From assembly GCA_965207375.1 (NCBI GenBank), contig CBDBMG010000003.1, forward strand, positions 512,001-576,000: a stretch of DNA of 64,000 nt, given 5' to 3'. Under the pieces are notes generated by a model. That model saw only the letters and a list, made by a program, of their open reading frames with translations. It had not been told where the DNA came from and made no database searches. The DNA is from Nitrosopumilaceae archaeon. Its GTDB lineage: Archaea; Thermoproteota; Nitrososphaeria; Nitrososphaerales; Nitrosopumilaceae. A program made the translations under genes and the position numbers. Below, one piece after another: positions 39,165-53,513 of this stretch (within the stretch, counting starts at the first letter, position 1; each line of letters begins with the position of its first letter).

Positions 39165-40500
39165 ATGGATGCAATAGATTTGGTGGTACAAATCCACCCT
39201 GTGGCATTATTTACTATTGTTGGAGGATATGAGCGACGACCAGACAACCCCGACAAGACTCCGCAGAAGCGGATTATTGGTACTGTACTGGGGGCACGCG
39301 AGAGGAACACCTTGGAAGTGACAACAGCGTTTACTGTCCCCCATAATGAGATAACAGATGAAGTGAGAATGTTTCTAACAGTAAATACGTGTACTTCAAT
39401 AGCCTACCCTTCCAAGGGAAAGTAGTTGGTCTAAATGTAACATGCTGCAGCAAAATTTGAGATATTTCATCCCTTGGCTCTTGGCCTTTATAAAAGGCCC
39501 ATTAGTTTTTGAGAATATCCTAAGAAGATTTTGATAAAGAATTAGCTGATAAGGTGTTTGCAAGTTACAAATATAAATATAAACTTTTTGCTGCCAGCTG
39601 ATATTATTAAATGGCTAGCCATATTAGCGTGTTCCCCCTGGTGGGCTTTGCTATTTATATATATATATATATATAATATAAAATAATATTAATATGCACA
39701 TAATGATTTACATTGCTGCTTCAGGTAGTCTGGCATCACCGACCCTTTTATGCGCCTACTGAATTACAGGATCTGGTCTGCTCTGTTTAACGCACTTGTA
39801 CTGGATTACCAAAATCTGGTGCAACCAATCAAAATGCTTTGTAACCAACTGACCACATTCCTACCATACAAATGTATTCTTTTTAAAATTGCATTCTGCC
39901 AGAACAACTATGCTATACAGAGCAGACCAGACCCTTTTATTTTTCAGTAGACACATGAAAGGGTCGGCGATGCCATACTAGCTTCAGGTTGGTCTGACAT
40001 CTTGTTTGCAGCAAGGCTGTTTTGTTTAACATTTATATATTCTTCCAGGTAGTACAAGCACCCATAATCTGTTAGTGCAAATACAAATACTGTATACACG
40101 GTAATTTTCGAGCATCTTATATTTCGCGGAAGGTAAGCCTGAAAGGATTTTTGTGTTTTACTTTTCACTGAACCATTGCTTAGTTGTACTTATCATAATG
40201 GTTGAAAATTGTCCGGACATTTATTTTCCTATTGTAAATTTATTGACTTCCCCATTGATAATGTATAGTAAATTTGTCTGGTCAAATTAATTTGGTCAAT
40301 CAAATGCCATAGTTAGCCGATGACTGGCTGTTGTCACAAGCTCTGATTTTCACTGTCAGGTTTGCAACAGGCGTTGAGATCACGGAGCACTCTAAACTCA
40401 TCCATGACTACTACAATCGTATTTCTGATGGATCGGCCATACACATCACCGTGGATACCAGCCTACAAAATGACCGAATGGACATCAACAGTTACATTGG
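39165..40500 (+). CDS. EIF3F: eIF3 subunit F-like (MPN domain), partial
   Basis: Exon 39165-39362 ([43 protein letters not shown]) and exon 40360-40500 ([38 protein letters not shown]) closely follow eIF3f. The intervening and downstream exons were not found. Confidence 0.8.
39726..39981. mobile_element. hAT-type MITE
   Basis: TIR TAGTCTGGCATCACCGACCC / GGGTCGGCGATGCCATACTA; TSD GCTTCAGG. Confidence 0.8.
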
Positions 40501-42189
40501 GTATGTGATTGTGTGTGGGTAGTGATGAGCATTTGTTACAGTTTTACAAGTGATATGCTTGTTGATGTGCTAGTAATCTTGAACTGTTCATCTTCATAAG
40601 ATTATTATACTAGTGATTCCACAATTTATATTGTGATAATCACGATATCTTAAGTTTATATCATGATAATCACGATATGCATAATAAATAAAAAGTTAGC
40701 TGGATACGTACGTATTTACTTTTATAACTTCACCAATAATTTTGTAACAAAAGCATATCCTCACAATATGTATAAATTATGTTTGCAATACTAGCATTAT
40801 AGAATTTTTATATCAGTACATCACGATTATTGTGACATCACTATAACACAAATTATTTGTCATGTGGTCTTACCAGCAAATAAAATACACATGTGTGTAT
40901 CATGTATTGTCAACAAATGATTCCTTAATAATGCCCTGTTACTTACACTACAGAAGATGGATCAATATTATTATTATAGATATATTGCTCCCAAGAGGAT
41001 GTGCCCAGGTTTAGAGTGGTGGTTACATAAAGGGGCTTTAAACTTCTGAAACTCAATATCTATGCTCGAATTGTGTCTAGGATTCCTTGTAGACACTTGG
41101 TTTTGTGTAAAGTGGCTAGCAAGACTAAGCATTCTGATATTTTAGTACTGGTCAGTGAGTTTTTAGTGGTAGTCATTTTATCTGTATCTGAGTGTTGGTT
41201 ATTTTGTCTGAGTGGTGGTCGGTCAACCACTGTGGGGCAGATCCCTGAAGATGTTACACGATACACATGTTATTAAGGTGCATGCAAAATAAATACAAGT
41301 AATTTATAATGCTTCTACCTACTAAGTTAACCTCACCATCACAGCCAATGTCTTCCTTAAGTAATAAGCCTCAATTATACACTGGCAATATCATACATCA
41401 CCAGAAAAGGACCACAGTTGCTGTTATAAGGCAAAAGGCTGTAACTACATGCATAGTGATGTACATGTGTACTTTCAGCCGTGGAGCACAAAAGTTAAAC
41501 AGCAAAAATGTATACCGCAAAAAGTAAACGGGAAAGACCAATCACAAAAGTTTAACAAGGGAAAATTTTGACGAATTGATTGTGATTGTGGGTTTCAAAG
41601 GAGAAGCATTAAGAGAAGATTGTTGGTAGGAAAAACTGTGACGAATCGCTAGCCGTTCGTCAAAATTATCAATAGCTTTCCACCGTCAAACTTTTGCGCT
41701 ATAAATCGTTAAATTTTTGGCCAGGAAATTACAAGTCTCGAGATTGAATGGAAAACTTGCCAATATATATGCACATATGTCTGTACCATAGGAATATAAC
41801 TAAGGTAATTATACAGGATCTCACAGGAGTGTCTATCAGAAAAGTTTATTATGTATGCAATGAATACAGTTGGTTTCTACCACTATTTTTATCATTGAAT
41901 TTCCTCATGTGTTACTGACCTTGTTGTTGTAAAGTGAATGTGTACAAGTGATAAATAATGGAAATGTAATGTTGAAATTTAAACCCACAATTGATTATTG
42001 TAAGTGCTACTATAAAAGGAACTTGTAAATTTTAATAAAACATCTGCCGCAATATGATAAGCTTTCAATTTATAATTTTTGGAAAGGTTCTTCATAACAA
42101 TGGAAGGACCTTGTTAAAGCAAATCATCTGAAAACCAGCCACTACAAATTTAATCTACTAAGAATATGCAATGACGTTGTGAGGAAGTC

Positions 42190-42790
42190 ACAAAACTGAA
42201 AACTCATTGCTAAGAAACACATAGTTATATTTTTTATTAAATCTTACAAATCCTCATTTAAACATTTTAATATCAATGATTATATAAAATTCAGTGAGTC
42301 TAATACAAGATCTGGTACTTCATCTAAAATGATACATCACAGAAGCTCCTCCAATATTTCCCATAATTCATATTTTTTGTAGACTGCCACGCCTTTGGAA
42401 CTCTTTACCCCCAATAGACCTAACACTTCCCATCCCTACAATTAAACATAAATTATTTATTTTTTTATGGAACCATTTTACCAAATACTTCAACGAGAAC
42501 TCGGTCTGCACTTTTCATTATTACTGCCCCTGCTGTCACTGTCGATGTTCAGGTACAAGACCACCACCACTTAACTGACTACCACTTCCCCCTATTAATT
42601 GTAATCCCTTTTAATAACTACTTAATTATATACTCTAATTAGTTATATTTTTGAGTCATTAGCAGGACTTGCTAATGGCTCTCAGTGCATAACTTTTCTG
42701 TGTCCTAGCTATAATTATGTAGCAATAGCCAGATTTTATTGTAATTTACTACACTGTAAAACGATAATAATAATAATAATAATAATAATT
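42190..42790 (+). mobile_element. 5'-truncated LINE 3' end with (TAA)n tail
   Basis: Similar to the 3' part of the LINE at 13380-13700 (FCRLPRLWNSLPPIDL); ends in a (TAA) repeat. Confidence 0.7.
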
Positions 42791-44200
42791 ATGCTTCTTT
42801 AGAGTTGAAAAATAGGATGTGCGTTTAAGGTCCCCTTTTGCAAATCTGGTGAGAAAAGCTTTCACCATGTTGTTATCCTTGCTGTGAAGTGTAGGCAAGA
42901 TGCAGAGGTCACTGAAATAAAAATTCTCGGACGTTATTCTCAAAGTCTACACTATGTGTAGCATTCCAATTGGTGACTAATGGAAAGTTTTATATGTACA
43001 TTATGAAGTGGTTTATAGTTTTTGAGTTGTAATGAAGTTACGGACTGAAATTTGTGTTCTATTTATTTGGATCAAGGCTTTGACAGGATGTTATGGATCT
43101 CAGCATGAAGGCAGTGCATATGCTAGCTATTGATATCTATAGGTGCGTACTTCTAAAGTAAAAGCAAGCGTTAGTACAAAAGTAGGTTAGTATGGTCTTA
43201 CCAGCAAAAGAAATACACATGCGTGTATCATGTGTGACAAATAATTCTTTAATAATGCCCACCCTAGCAATATTATTGATATATTGCTGCCAAGATGCAG
43301 GATGTGCCCAGGTTTAGGAGAGTGGTGGTTACATAAAGGTGTTTTAAATCTCCGAAACTTAGTGATCTTTAATATCTATGTATGCTCAAATTCCTTGTAA
43401 ACATTTTGTTTTGTGTAAAGTGGCTAGAAAGTCTAAGCATTCTGATATTTTAGTACTGGTCAGTGAGGTTTTGGTGGTGATCATTTTATCTGTATCTGAG
43501 TGATGGTTATTTTGTCTGAGTAGTGGTCGGTCCACCCACTCATGTCCAAGTTTGTCATGAGAATCCACTGTTCTAAAGAGGACATCCCTTTGTCTAATAG
43601 CTATATCTTTAAATGTGTACTTATAAGTTTACCGTGAAAAAATATACTGTCTGTCCTATTGTACCAACCAAGATTCTTCTCTTAATGCTTCTCCTTTGAA
43701 ACCCACAATCAATTCATCAACCTTTCCCTTGTTAAACTTTTGTGAATGGTTTTTACCGTTTAACTTTTGTGCTATACAGTATTGTATGGCTGAAAGTACA
43801 CATGTTATGATTATCACAAAAAGATGAACACAGCATTGATAGCAAAGCATAGGCATTTAAATTTTCAGTAGACTGTATTAATAGACTACTGGTAATATAT
43901 CTGACTCACTCCTTTTATAGAAGCCACCCTTGGTTAGTAGGTGTGCCTAAAATGGCTAAAAGTACGTACTTGTAGACATATCATTCTTGAAAATGCATTA
44001 TATTCAGTATGTATGTACGTAGTTACAGCTCTTTGCCAGATAAAAGTTATAAGGTGCTTTGCATACTATACAATATGCAGTTCAGGCAGTTACTATGTTG
44101 ACAAATTTTTGGCCAGGAAATTACAAGTCTCAAGATCGAATGGAAAAACTTGCCAATATATATGCACATATGTCCGTACCTTAAGAATATAACTATATAT

Positions 44201-44875
44201 AGTTGGTTTGCGTTCACTGTGCAGTCGCCTTTTCTTTAATAACTTCCGATAGAAACACGCTAGAATAAAAAAAATTTATACTATCGTGAAGCTCGTCAAG
44301 TGCCGGAGAGGATGAAACAAGAAGCGCTTCAGCTGGAGCCAGCGCTTGGGAGTTATGGAGCTTTTAAGTTTTCCCGTACAATTCCTATGGAGAAGCCGTT
44401 TAACTACAATCCTTTGAAGTTACTAAACTGACACATGTTCATGACGTATTTGTGGTAGAGTCACGCCAATATGTCGTCAATAATAATACATTTCATTGCT
44501 AATGGTGAATTATTTGCTCGAAGATACCTCTAAAGGTACAGTAAATATATTCAAACTATAGCGCTATACAGAAGCAACTTAACAATTCGTTTTAATTTTA
44601 ACGTGCGCACTAAAACTTATTTGACCTCGCCATTCCTGGTTTATGTCGATATATGTTTCATTAAAACATACTTGTTATCGCTCCAGAGGCGCTTTTCTTT
44701 CTTTAAAATACTATAGCACGAGTCTTGGTGAAGACGCCATTTTGTAAACGTGAGCTGTTGTGTGCGCATATTACGCATAATTAAATAGTGATGTAGAAAA
44801 CATATGTCCACAACGCTTTGATCTTAAATGGCTTCATTTCATCTAGCTCAATTGCACAGTGAACGCGAACCAACT
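44201..44875. mobile_element. MITE in TA-rich site
   Basis: TIR AGTTGGTTTGCGTTCACTGTGCA / TGCACAGTGAACGCGAACCAACT; empty paralogous site at ~41800. Confidence 0.8.
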
Positions 44876-45650
44876 ATAAGGTAGTTAAACAGGACCTCAC
44901 AGCAGTGTCTATAAGAAAAGTTTATTATGTATGCAATGAATACAGTTGGTTCTTACTGCTATTTTTAAACCAGATGTGCGCCGGCCGCAGGCGGCGCGTG
45001 CCTGGTTTCTCATGAACATGAATCCATACTGTGCTATAAAGCCATACTTCGCAAATTGTTGCCGGCCAAGTTGTTGTGACTGGTGCAAATACTACGCGAC
45101 TCACAGCAGCTGCGAATCCTGGCGAAGCAGCTCGCGATAATTCCCAACCTTTTTGTGAAGTGTACCATACCCTGGTAAGATTTTATTTTGTATGATGGTT
45201 CATCAGTTTCAAGGCATTCTTTGGTATGCAACCCATCAGCATCACCAGTACAGTGCAGTTATTTCACTTTCATTGTTTTCCTTAAAATACAATTGACTAT
45301 GTATTACATCTTTGTGGTGGGGATAATCATCATTCCATAACATAATGCACATACGTACGTAATACTGCACCATGTCTCATGAGTATCATAACATCACTGC
45401 CACTACTGTATGTTTGAACTCTTTAACTGGTTAAATGTTGACAATGTGAGATAATAACATTGATAAGATGTGTAGTTATCTGTGCATTATTGTATACATA
45501 GCAAAAGAGGTGGAACAAAACCACAATTACTTTGTACAAGAGTTTGCTAAATATTTATACGTATATATGTGTACATTTACCCTTACAATTTTTGGAAGAT
45601 CTTTTGCAAATGAAATAAAAGGAACCTATATATGTACATACATTCATACA

Positions 45651-45948
45651 GTGCTTGAAATAAGCAGTAAAATATTCTAAGACAGATTGTCTGAACAAAA
45701 GTGATTTTGATCAGACATTTATGTAATTTGTTAAGACAGCAACATCCTACCAGATCCGTTAAAATTTAAACCAGTTAGTATTAACATGTCCATGTATTGA
45801 ACAGTGTTGAGGACTGATGATTCTGACAGTCAGTTTAAGGATGAGTGGTTTCTGCTTGGACATTTTGTCGGACCGAAACCAAAATTATTCAGACAAATGT
45901 CAATTTTGGTCAGAAAATGTCCAATGTCCGACCACTATTTCAAGCACT
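45651..45948. mobile_element. MITE
   Basis: TIR CAGTGCTTGAAATA / TATTTCAAGCACTG; absent from the paralogous segment at ~50830. Confidence 0.75.
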
Positions 45949-46356
45949 GTACGTACTTAAGTATAGTGTATAATGCTTTAACATATGTACACAAAGCATT
46001 GCTACGTAATTTACACCGGCTTTATACTCCAGTACTTCAGTGATAAAGCTGATGTAATATTATAGGACAGTTAACTTGCCATCAATACTACGTATGGATG
46101 GGTGGGGACTTAAATAGTAATGAAGTGCGTTATGAGTTACTGCAATAGAAGAGCAAGGTAATTCTGTATTTGCTGTTTATTCCTTGGTAAAAGTTGTTTA
46201 ACTACTAACAAGATGGAGTGCTTCAGTTTTTAAAGTGGGCGTGCCATGTGGGTTACAAAGTTGCTACGTATACAAAGAAACTGAAAGCAGTAGGACTTTT
46301 TTGATAGGCTATTCAGCCTTCATTTCACATGAATGGTGTTTAATAGCCTAGGAGGT

Positions 46357-46495
<139 letters not shown>

Positions 46496-48021
46496 AATTT
46501 CCCGAACAAAAGAAATTTATAGAAACCAGGGGCATATCTTGTTTGCCTAAGAGTAATGCTATCATATTGTATAGCTACGTACGTATATTATACTGTAGAT
46601 ACATCTGTACCAGTATAGTGACATCACTGCCACTACGTATACTGTATGTTTGGATTTTTTACCGCTTAAATGTTGACAATGTGAGATGATAAGATAGTTG
46701 TGATCATTGTGTAGTAACTATAGCATTAAAATGAGAATAAACTAAAACCCACAATTACTTTGTATAAGTAGGACTATATAAGAACCTGCTAAATCTTTAC
46801 AAAGTGTTGATCTGACAGAAAATCTTCTTAAAAATTTTTGGAAGGCCTCTTCCTAGAGAAGAAGGCCTACATAAGTACAAATATGAGTAATATTTATGTA
46901 TATTTGTGTAACTGGATTTGCCAAAAGATGATGTTGACATACACACAATAACCAAACACATCTTTCACCACTACTTGATAAGTCAGTTGTATATTATTTG
47001 TTTGTTGGTACGTAGGGATGTACATACGTATGTATGTATGTAATACTATATAAGGATTTGCTAAATTTTAAGGAAATGCAATTCCCATTTTCTGTTTCTT
47101 CATAAATTTTTTTGGGAGATCTCTTTGAAGAAAAGGGGCTTAAATTCATGTACATACGTCTTATGGGAACCACTAGTTACGTAGTTTGTTTTCAATATAG
47201 TTTTATGTTTCTTCTGTCTCCTAACAATATGTACATCTAATGTAGGTACATATGTAGACTGGTAATAGCACATATGGTATTGCATGGGAGAATCAAAGAT
47301 GTACGTAAGGCGTGCTAGCCAAGTCAAAGCAAGTGGTAACTGTCCAACAGTGAACAACATTTCACTCCCAGCAATCACTAACATCCTTGAAGATATGTAT
47401 GTTATGAAGATGTGTAAATGTTGGATACCATTTTTCTATGTACGTACGTACTATACGTAATCCCAAAATTACTACTATACTTCAGAGAAGGTCTGACACG
47501 ATAATAAGCGTTGCTAAATTTAAAACTGTAATTGCATATGTACAACTTGATCAAATGTATTGCAATTGCCGTTTAGAAAGGCAAAAGGATGCTTATACAT
47601 ATACATACCAATTAATCATTTTCTATATTGTCGGATTTTAGCTACAATGTAATCTTCTCATGCAGATTAAGGTTTAGTGATTCATTACGTGCATTAAAAT
47701 GAGGTTGACTGGTGTTGATTGCATCATTGGTTTAGGCTTAGAATGAACTTTTCGATTGATATACTTATATGTATATATTGTGTAATCTTACAAACCATTG
47801 AATTACCTGTGACAAACCTATTGTTCTAGTCTGTACATGTGATATACATGATGTATGTATGTGCATTAAAATGAAAGGTTGACTGGGGTTGATTGCACCA
47901 TTGGTTTAGGCTTAAAATGAACTTTTTGATGGATATACATAAATTGTATATATTGCATAGTTTAATCTTATAACCCTTTGAATTACCTGTGACAAATTTG
48001 TACCCTGCTAAGATTTTATAC

Positions 48022-49345
48022 TGTATGATGGTTCGTAAGTTTCAAGGCATTCTTTGGTATGTACTGTTTCACTCTTAGTATTACTTACTAATACAATACT
48101 ACATTGGTTACAAAATACTATGAAATACTTTATTGGGAATTTCTTAAGATCTTCCCAATTGCGTGGGAAGATCCCTATTATTTTCCCAACGCAATTGGGA
48201 AGATCTTTAGAAATTCCCAACTCAGTTAACATGATTACATAGTATCTCATAATCATTACATCATACATTACTTACAATGTTACAGTTATACTACATCTCC
48301 CTCCAAGCTGAATCTCAGCTTTGATAACGTTGTGGAGGGCGTATCTCAGTTCCAGTCTTTAAGCGAGTCTGAATACCAGTTGATTCTCTATGGATGACTT
48401 CAGGTGGTAAACAGCTTCTTTCACGTAACTGGGATCTATTCCTTCTAACTTGTCCGGATGGAACATTGACAAGTTCCGGAGCTGCTATCACTACATTTCC
48501 TGGGATTTACCCATTGGGTGGCATATCAACCCATACTGGAGAGTTATCAGGAAGATCAGGTAAATTTCTTGTTCTGTGACATTTATCATAATTTTTTTTC
48601 TGATTACTTCTGTATCTCTCCTCCCCTTCCCGGAAATCTTTCAAATAGGACCACTCTGGTTGGAATATCGTTGGGTGTTGAGGAACATCAGTTCTTATGA
48701 TATGTCCCATAAAAACCTGTGCTGGACTTAGCCCACACCATGGCAATGGTGTTGCCCTATAACTTAGCAAAGCCAAATAAGGATCTGTAGATTTTGTTAT
48801 TAATGATTTGATGGTTTTCACCGTACGTTCAGCTTATCCATTTGACTGATGATAATGAGGAGAGCTAGTGACATGGTGGAATCCGTAAGTGGATGAAAAC
48901 TGATTCATTTCATTGGAGATAAATTGTGGTCCATTGTCGGTGACAAGGGTAGCTGAGATTCCATGTCGAGCAAATATGGACTTTAGCACTGTGATGACAT
49001 TTGTGGAGGTAGTAGAGGTGAGTTTTTGTATTTCCACAAATCGTGAAAAGTAGTCAACTACTAGGAGGTACATCGTCTTGTTCAACTCAAATAAATCCGA
49101 TGCTACTTTCTCCCATGGATAGTTAGGGAGTGGAGACTTTATCATTGGCTGTCTTGGAAGAGTTGCCGACTTTTGGCATTCTGGGCAGGATTTGACTAAA
49201 GCTTCTATGTCTTTCGTTACTCCTGGCCACCACACTGAGTTTTTGACCCGTAAGCAACATCACTGGATCCCTTGGTGACCCTGGTGTATTTTCTGAAGAA
49301 TATTCTCTCTCATACTCTTGGGAACGACAATTCTTGCACCATCAC
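48022..49345 (-). pseudogene. Truncated Gypsy element: integrase fragment, PPT and 3' LTR (~48022-48295)
   Basis: WWPGVTKDIE..CPECQK, VVDYFSRF, TDNGPQF and SSPHYHQSNG in broken ORFs; GGAGGGAGA PPT followed by TGTAG.. Confidence 0.85.
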
Positions 49346-49649
49346 CAGTAAAGTGCAGTGTATTTCACTTTCATTGTTTTCCTTAAAATACAATTAACTA
49401 CGTATATATTACATCCTTGTGGTGAGGATAATCATCCATAACATCATGCACATATGTAATACTGTACCATGTCTCATGAGTATATCATAACATCACTGCC
49501 ACTACTGTATGTTTGAACTGTTTAACTGGTTAAATGTTGACAATGTGAGATGATAACATTGATAAGATGTGTAGTTTAGCTGTACATCATTGTATATGTA
49601 GCAAAGGAGGTGGAACAAAACCACAATTACTTTGTACAAGTAGGACTAT

Positions 49650-50732
49650 CATTAAGTACGGTAGTACTTAATAGTAGGGATTGGTAGGAAATTGTATGGC
49701 TTCGAGAAAATTTTGCGCTTTAAAAATCAACCTTGCAATAGGCTTTACCCAAAAAAACCGGCTGGAATCCATTGGTAAGGCTGTAATGATGCTGTACCTT
49801 GGTTAAATGAAATGATAAGTCGGATATTTCAACCTAGAGCCAACTTTGAAAATTTCGAAATTCACCTGTATTTCGTCTGCCTGCCAGCCTGCCAGCCTGC
49901 CGTAAGACCGGGTTGCGCTAGGTGTAGGGCTCCAGAAATTTCACACAACAAAGGTAATGGCGGCGGATTTACGAAAATCTTATTCCGAAGACGATTTGCC
50001 CACTGCGCCATGGTGATTTCCTTTATCCTTCATTCCTTTCCTTGTTCTTTATGTATTCCTTAGCAAGGTGCGAATGTCACCAAAGGTGACGATAGCCTGT
50101 AACGGCTTCTGCTTATTGCATCACACAAAAACCTGGCTTGCACGTGATATAATTATAATTAGTTACAGTGGCACGATGTTCGTATACTCCGTGTACTTTA
50201 TTACATCATAAACTTCGGGATTATAGCCTTGAACAAATAGCTTTTGCTGATTATTTGCTATCACACAGCTACTTTGCCATGTAAGCGCGCGTTGTTAACA
50301 AGCACCTGTAAACAAGCATAATTAATATGTAAGCGCATGTAACATTTTGTGTGCCTGCTGAAAGATTATTATGAATGCTTAGCATGTATAAAAAGTAAAC
50401 AAACTAGAATGATAAAAAAATTTAAAATTTAAAATGTAAGTAGGGATTGAATTTTGGATTCAATAGTGCTACAAAAAGTAAGGAAACAAGGAATAAGATT
50501 TTGGGACGAGAGAACATTCTGGCATGAGATAATTTATAAAAGTTTAATCCCTACTTTTGGCAAACCTGAAGTGAACCAAAAGTAGGGATTAAACTTTTAT
50601 AAATTATCTCATGCCAGAATGTTCTCTCGTCCCAAAATCTTATTCCTTGTTTCCTTACTTTTTGTAGCACTATTGAATCCAAAATTCAATCCCTACTTAC
50701 CTTTTAAATTTTTAATTTTTTATCATTCTAGT
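49650..50732 (+). mobile_element. HINE-like element, family D, with ~330-bp terminal palindrome (50403-50732)
   Basis: 5' hairpin ATTAAGTAC-GGTA-GTACTTAAT with subTIR AGTAGGGATT, (GCCT/GCCA)n microsatellite, 3' AATCCCTACT subTIR and CTAGT end. An inverted truncated copy lies at 55078-55891. Confidence 0.7.
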
Positions 50733-51036
50733 ATATATAAGAGTTTGCTAAATATGTGTACTTTTACCCATACAATTTTTGGAAGGTCTTTTGCAAATAA
50801 AATGAAAGAGCCTGTGTATGTACGTACATACGTACATTACGTACTTAAGTATATTGTATAATGCTTTAACATACGTACGTAAACAAAGCATTGCTACGTA
50901 AATTTAAACCGGCTTTATACTCCAGTACTTTAGTGATAAAAGTAGTCTTACTGTAACATTATAGGACAGTCTTCTTTTATAACTTTCCATCAATGCTACG
51001 TATGGTTCAGGATTTACGTACATAGTAATGAAGCAC

Positions 51037-51975
51037 CAGTGGCGTAGCCAGAGAAATTTGATGCCCGGGCCACCGGAATACAGAACTTGTTTATGAAATG
51101 TAACCCATGTTGCATAGCTACTTCTGTCCTCATGCAGGACACATACACATGTCCATCTTCATATGGACATCAATATAGTTTTTGAAAATGCACTACACTA
51201 CACCCTACCTACAAGTGCATGCGTGAGAGAGCTAGCTATGTGTACCTTCATTGGAAGCACGAAGTTAAATCATCTATCTATCTATAATGACTATTGTGAA
51301 TAGAACTTGCTATGCTATACTCCTCAACCTACTCTAAACATAAAGCTGACTTCAGACCAGATTCATCGCAGCGACTTCTTGAATTTCGTAGCGCGTATAA
51401 AATAAAATCCCAGCACGTGATCCATCACCTTCATGATAACCATCCACCGAGCATTATTTCACTAGTGAAAATCACAAAACAACCGAAAACTAAACACCTG
51501 CTACATACCAGATAGCCAGAACTAATTTTGAGCAGTGAACACGTGGGGCTCGTACACGGATCAATCAGTGCATAAAATCCTAACAAGAATCCACTTTACG
51601 AAAACAAGATTCCGTCTTAACTTGGAGGTTAAACTGCCGTCTCTCGCATCAATCTGTAGTCTGCTATCCTGATTTGATGATTTACAAGATCACAATATTT
51701 ATTTTTAAATAGTTGTATCACCTGATCGATCTGATTTCGTTTTAGCATAGGAAGTTATTATTCTTATTAATGCACAACACACGCTTGCACTAAAAATCAG
51801 TCCATTGGGCCAAGAATAGAGGTTTGGGAAACTTCTTTGTGCTGTAAGAAATAGCTATATACATTTTTATAACTTGTACGCCATTTTTATAGCTGGGAAG
51901 GCTGCTGATGGTAGAGCAAAGTAACCTGATGCCCGGGCAGCTGCCCGGGTATGCCCGGGTCTGGCTACGCCTCTG
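51037..51975. mobile_element. hAT-type non-autonomous element
   Basis: TIR CAGTGGCGTAGCCAG / CTGGCTACGCCTCTG; TSD TGAAGCAC/TGAAGCAT. Confidence 0.85.
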
Positions 51976-52211
51976 TGAAGCATGTTGTGAGTTACGTACT
52001 GCAAAAGAAGAGCAAGGTAATGCTGTATTGGCCATTCATTCCATAGTAAAAGCTGTTTAACCACTAACAAAATGGAGTGCTTCAGTTTTAAAAGTGGGCA
52101 TGCCATGCAGGTTACAAAGTTGCTATACAAAGAAACTGAAAAGCAGTAGGACTTGTTTGATTGGCTATTCAAACTTCATTTCACATGAATGGTTTTAATA
52201 GCCTGGGTGGT

Positions 52212-52313
<102 letters not shown>

Positions 52314-52470
52314 TTACCTCCCAGACAAAAGAAATTTTAGGTGTATGCCTGGTTTTAAAAAGATTTGGCAAGGATTGAAAAGCCACTGGAACCTGCCTAA
52401 GGGTAATGCTATCAAGCATAACTTGTTGAATTAAGCATGCATAATGTTTACTTATGCCTATACATGTATT

Positions 52471-53146
52471 ATTGGGGCGAGCCTGAGCGAGTCCCACACT
52501 GGGCGGTAGTCGATATATACGTTGCGAGCGTTGCGTGTGCAGCCTGTGAACGATAAAATACGATGGACAAGACATTCAAGTTTTGTATACGTTGCGAGCA
52601 TCGCGTTCGGACTGTGAACGATAAAATATGATGGACAAGCCATTCAAGTTTTAAACTGTTGAATGATGGGTGAAATATTTCCTACAAATACCCCTTCCAC
52701 GCTAGCAGGACACGAAGGCACGAAGTTAGAAATCTCCATTATGGCACCACGTGGTAAAGAGAAACACACGTGCACTCAGTTTAATTATAATTATGTATAG
52801 TTGTAATTATGGAGCAGTTGCTGCCATTTTATTGTGCATGTAGTCGCCTGTAGTTATACGTAGGTATAGAAAATGAAAGACTCATCAACCTGTTAGGTTA
52901 TTTTAAGTCGAATTAAAACGAAGACTGCAATTACTTCAACGCTTATTTTTTGATATGGCGTGCATGGCCAAGGGCATGCATGTGGCAACTAACATACCAA
53001 AAATTAACTTGAAGCATTGCAATTGAAGTTGATCAGCATTATTATTACTATTGCTTTACAGTACACAAACTGATTACACATAATAGATAAACGAATGTAA
53101 TCATTATCGGGCTCGCCCCCCATGATGCTTTTAACATCTGTCTAGT
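52471..53146 (+). mobile_element. HINE-like element with family C ends and a different body
   Basis: TTGGGGCGAGCCTGAGCGAGTCCC...GGGCTCGCCCC..CTAGT. Confidence 0.65.
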
Positions 53147-53513
53147 ATAGCGACGTACGTATGTTATACTGTAGATACACCTGTACCAGTATAGTGACAT
53201 CACTGCCACTGCTGTATGTTTGAGTTAACTGCTTAAATGTTGACAATGTGAGATGATAAGGTAGTTGTGATGATTGGGTAGTAACTATAGCTTTAAAATG
53301 AGAATAAACTAAAACCCACAATCACTTTGTATAAGTAATACTATATAAGAACTTCCTAATCTTAACAACGCGAATACTACAAGTTACCTTAGTCATCTCA
53401 ACAAAAATTTTTGGAAGGCCTCTTCCTAGAGAAGAAGGCCTACATAAGTACAAATATGAGTAATATTTATGTATATTTGTGTAACTGGATTTGCCAAAAG
53501 ATGATGTTGACAC

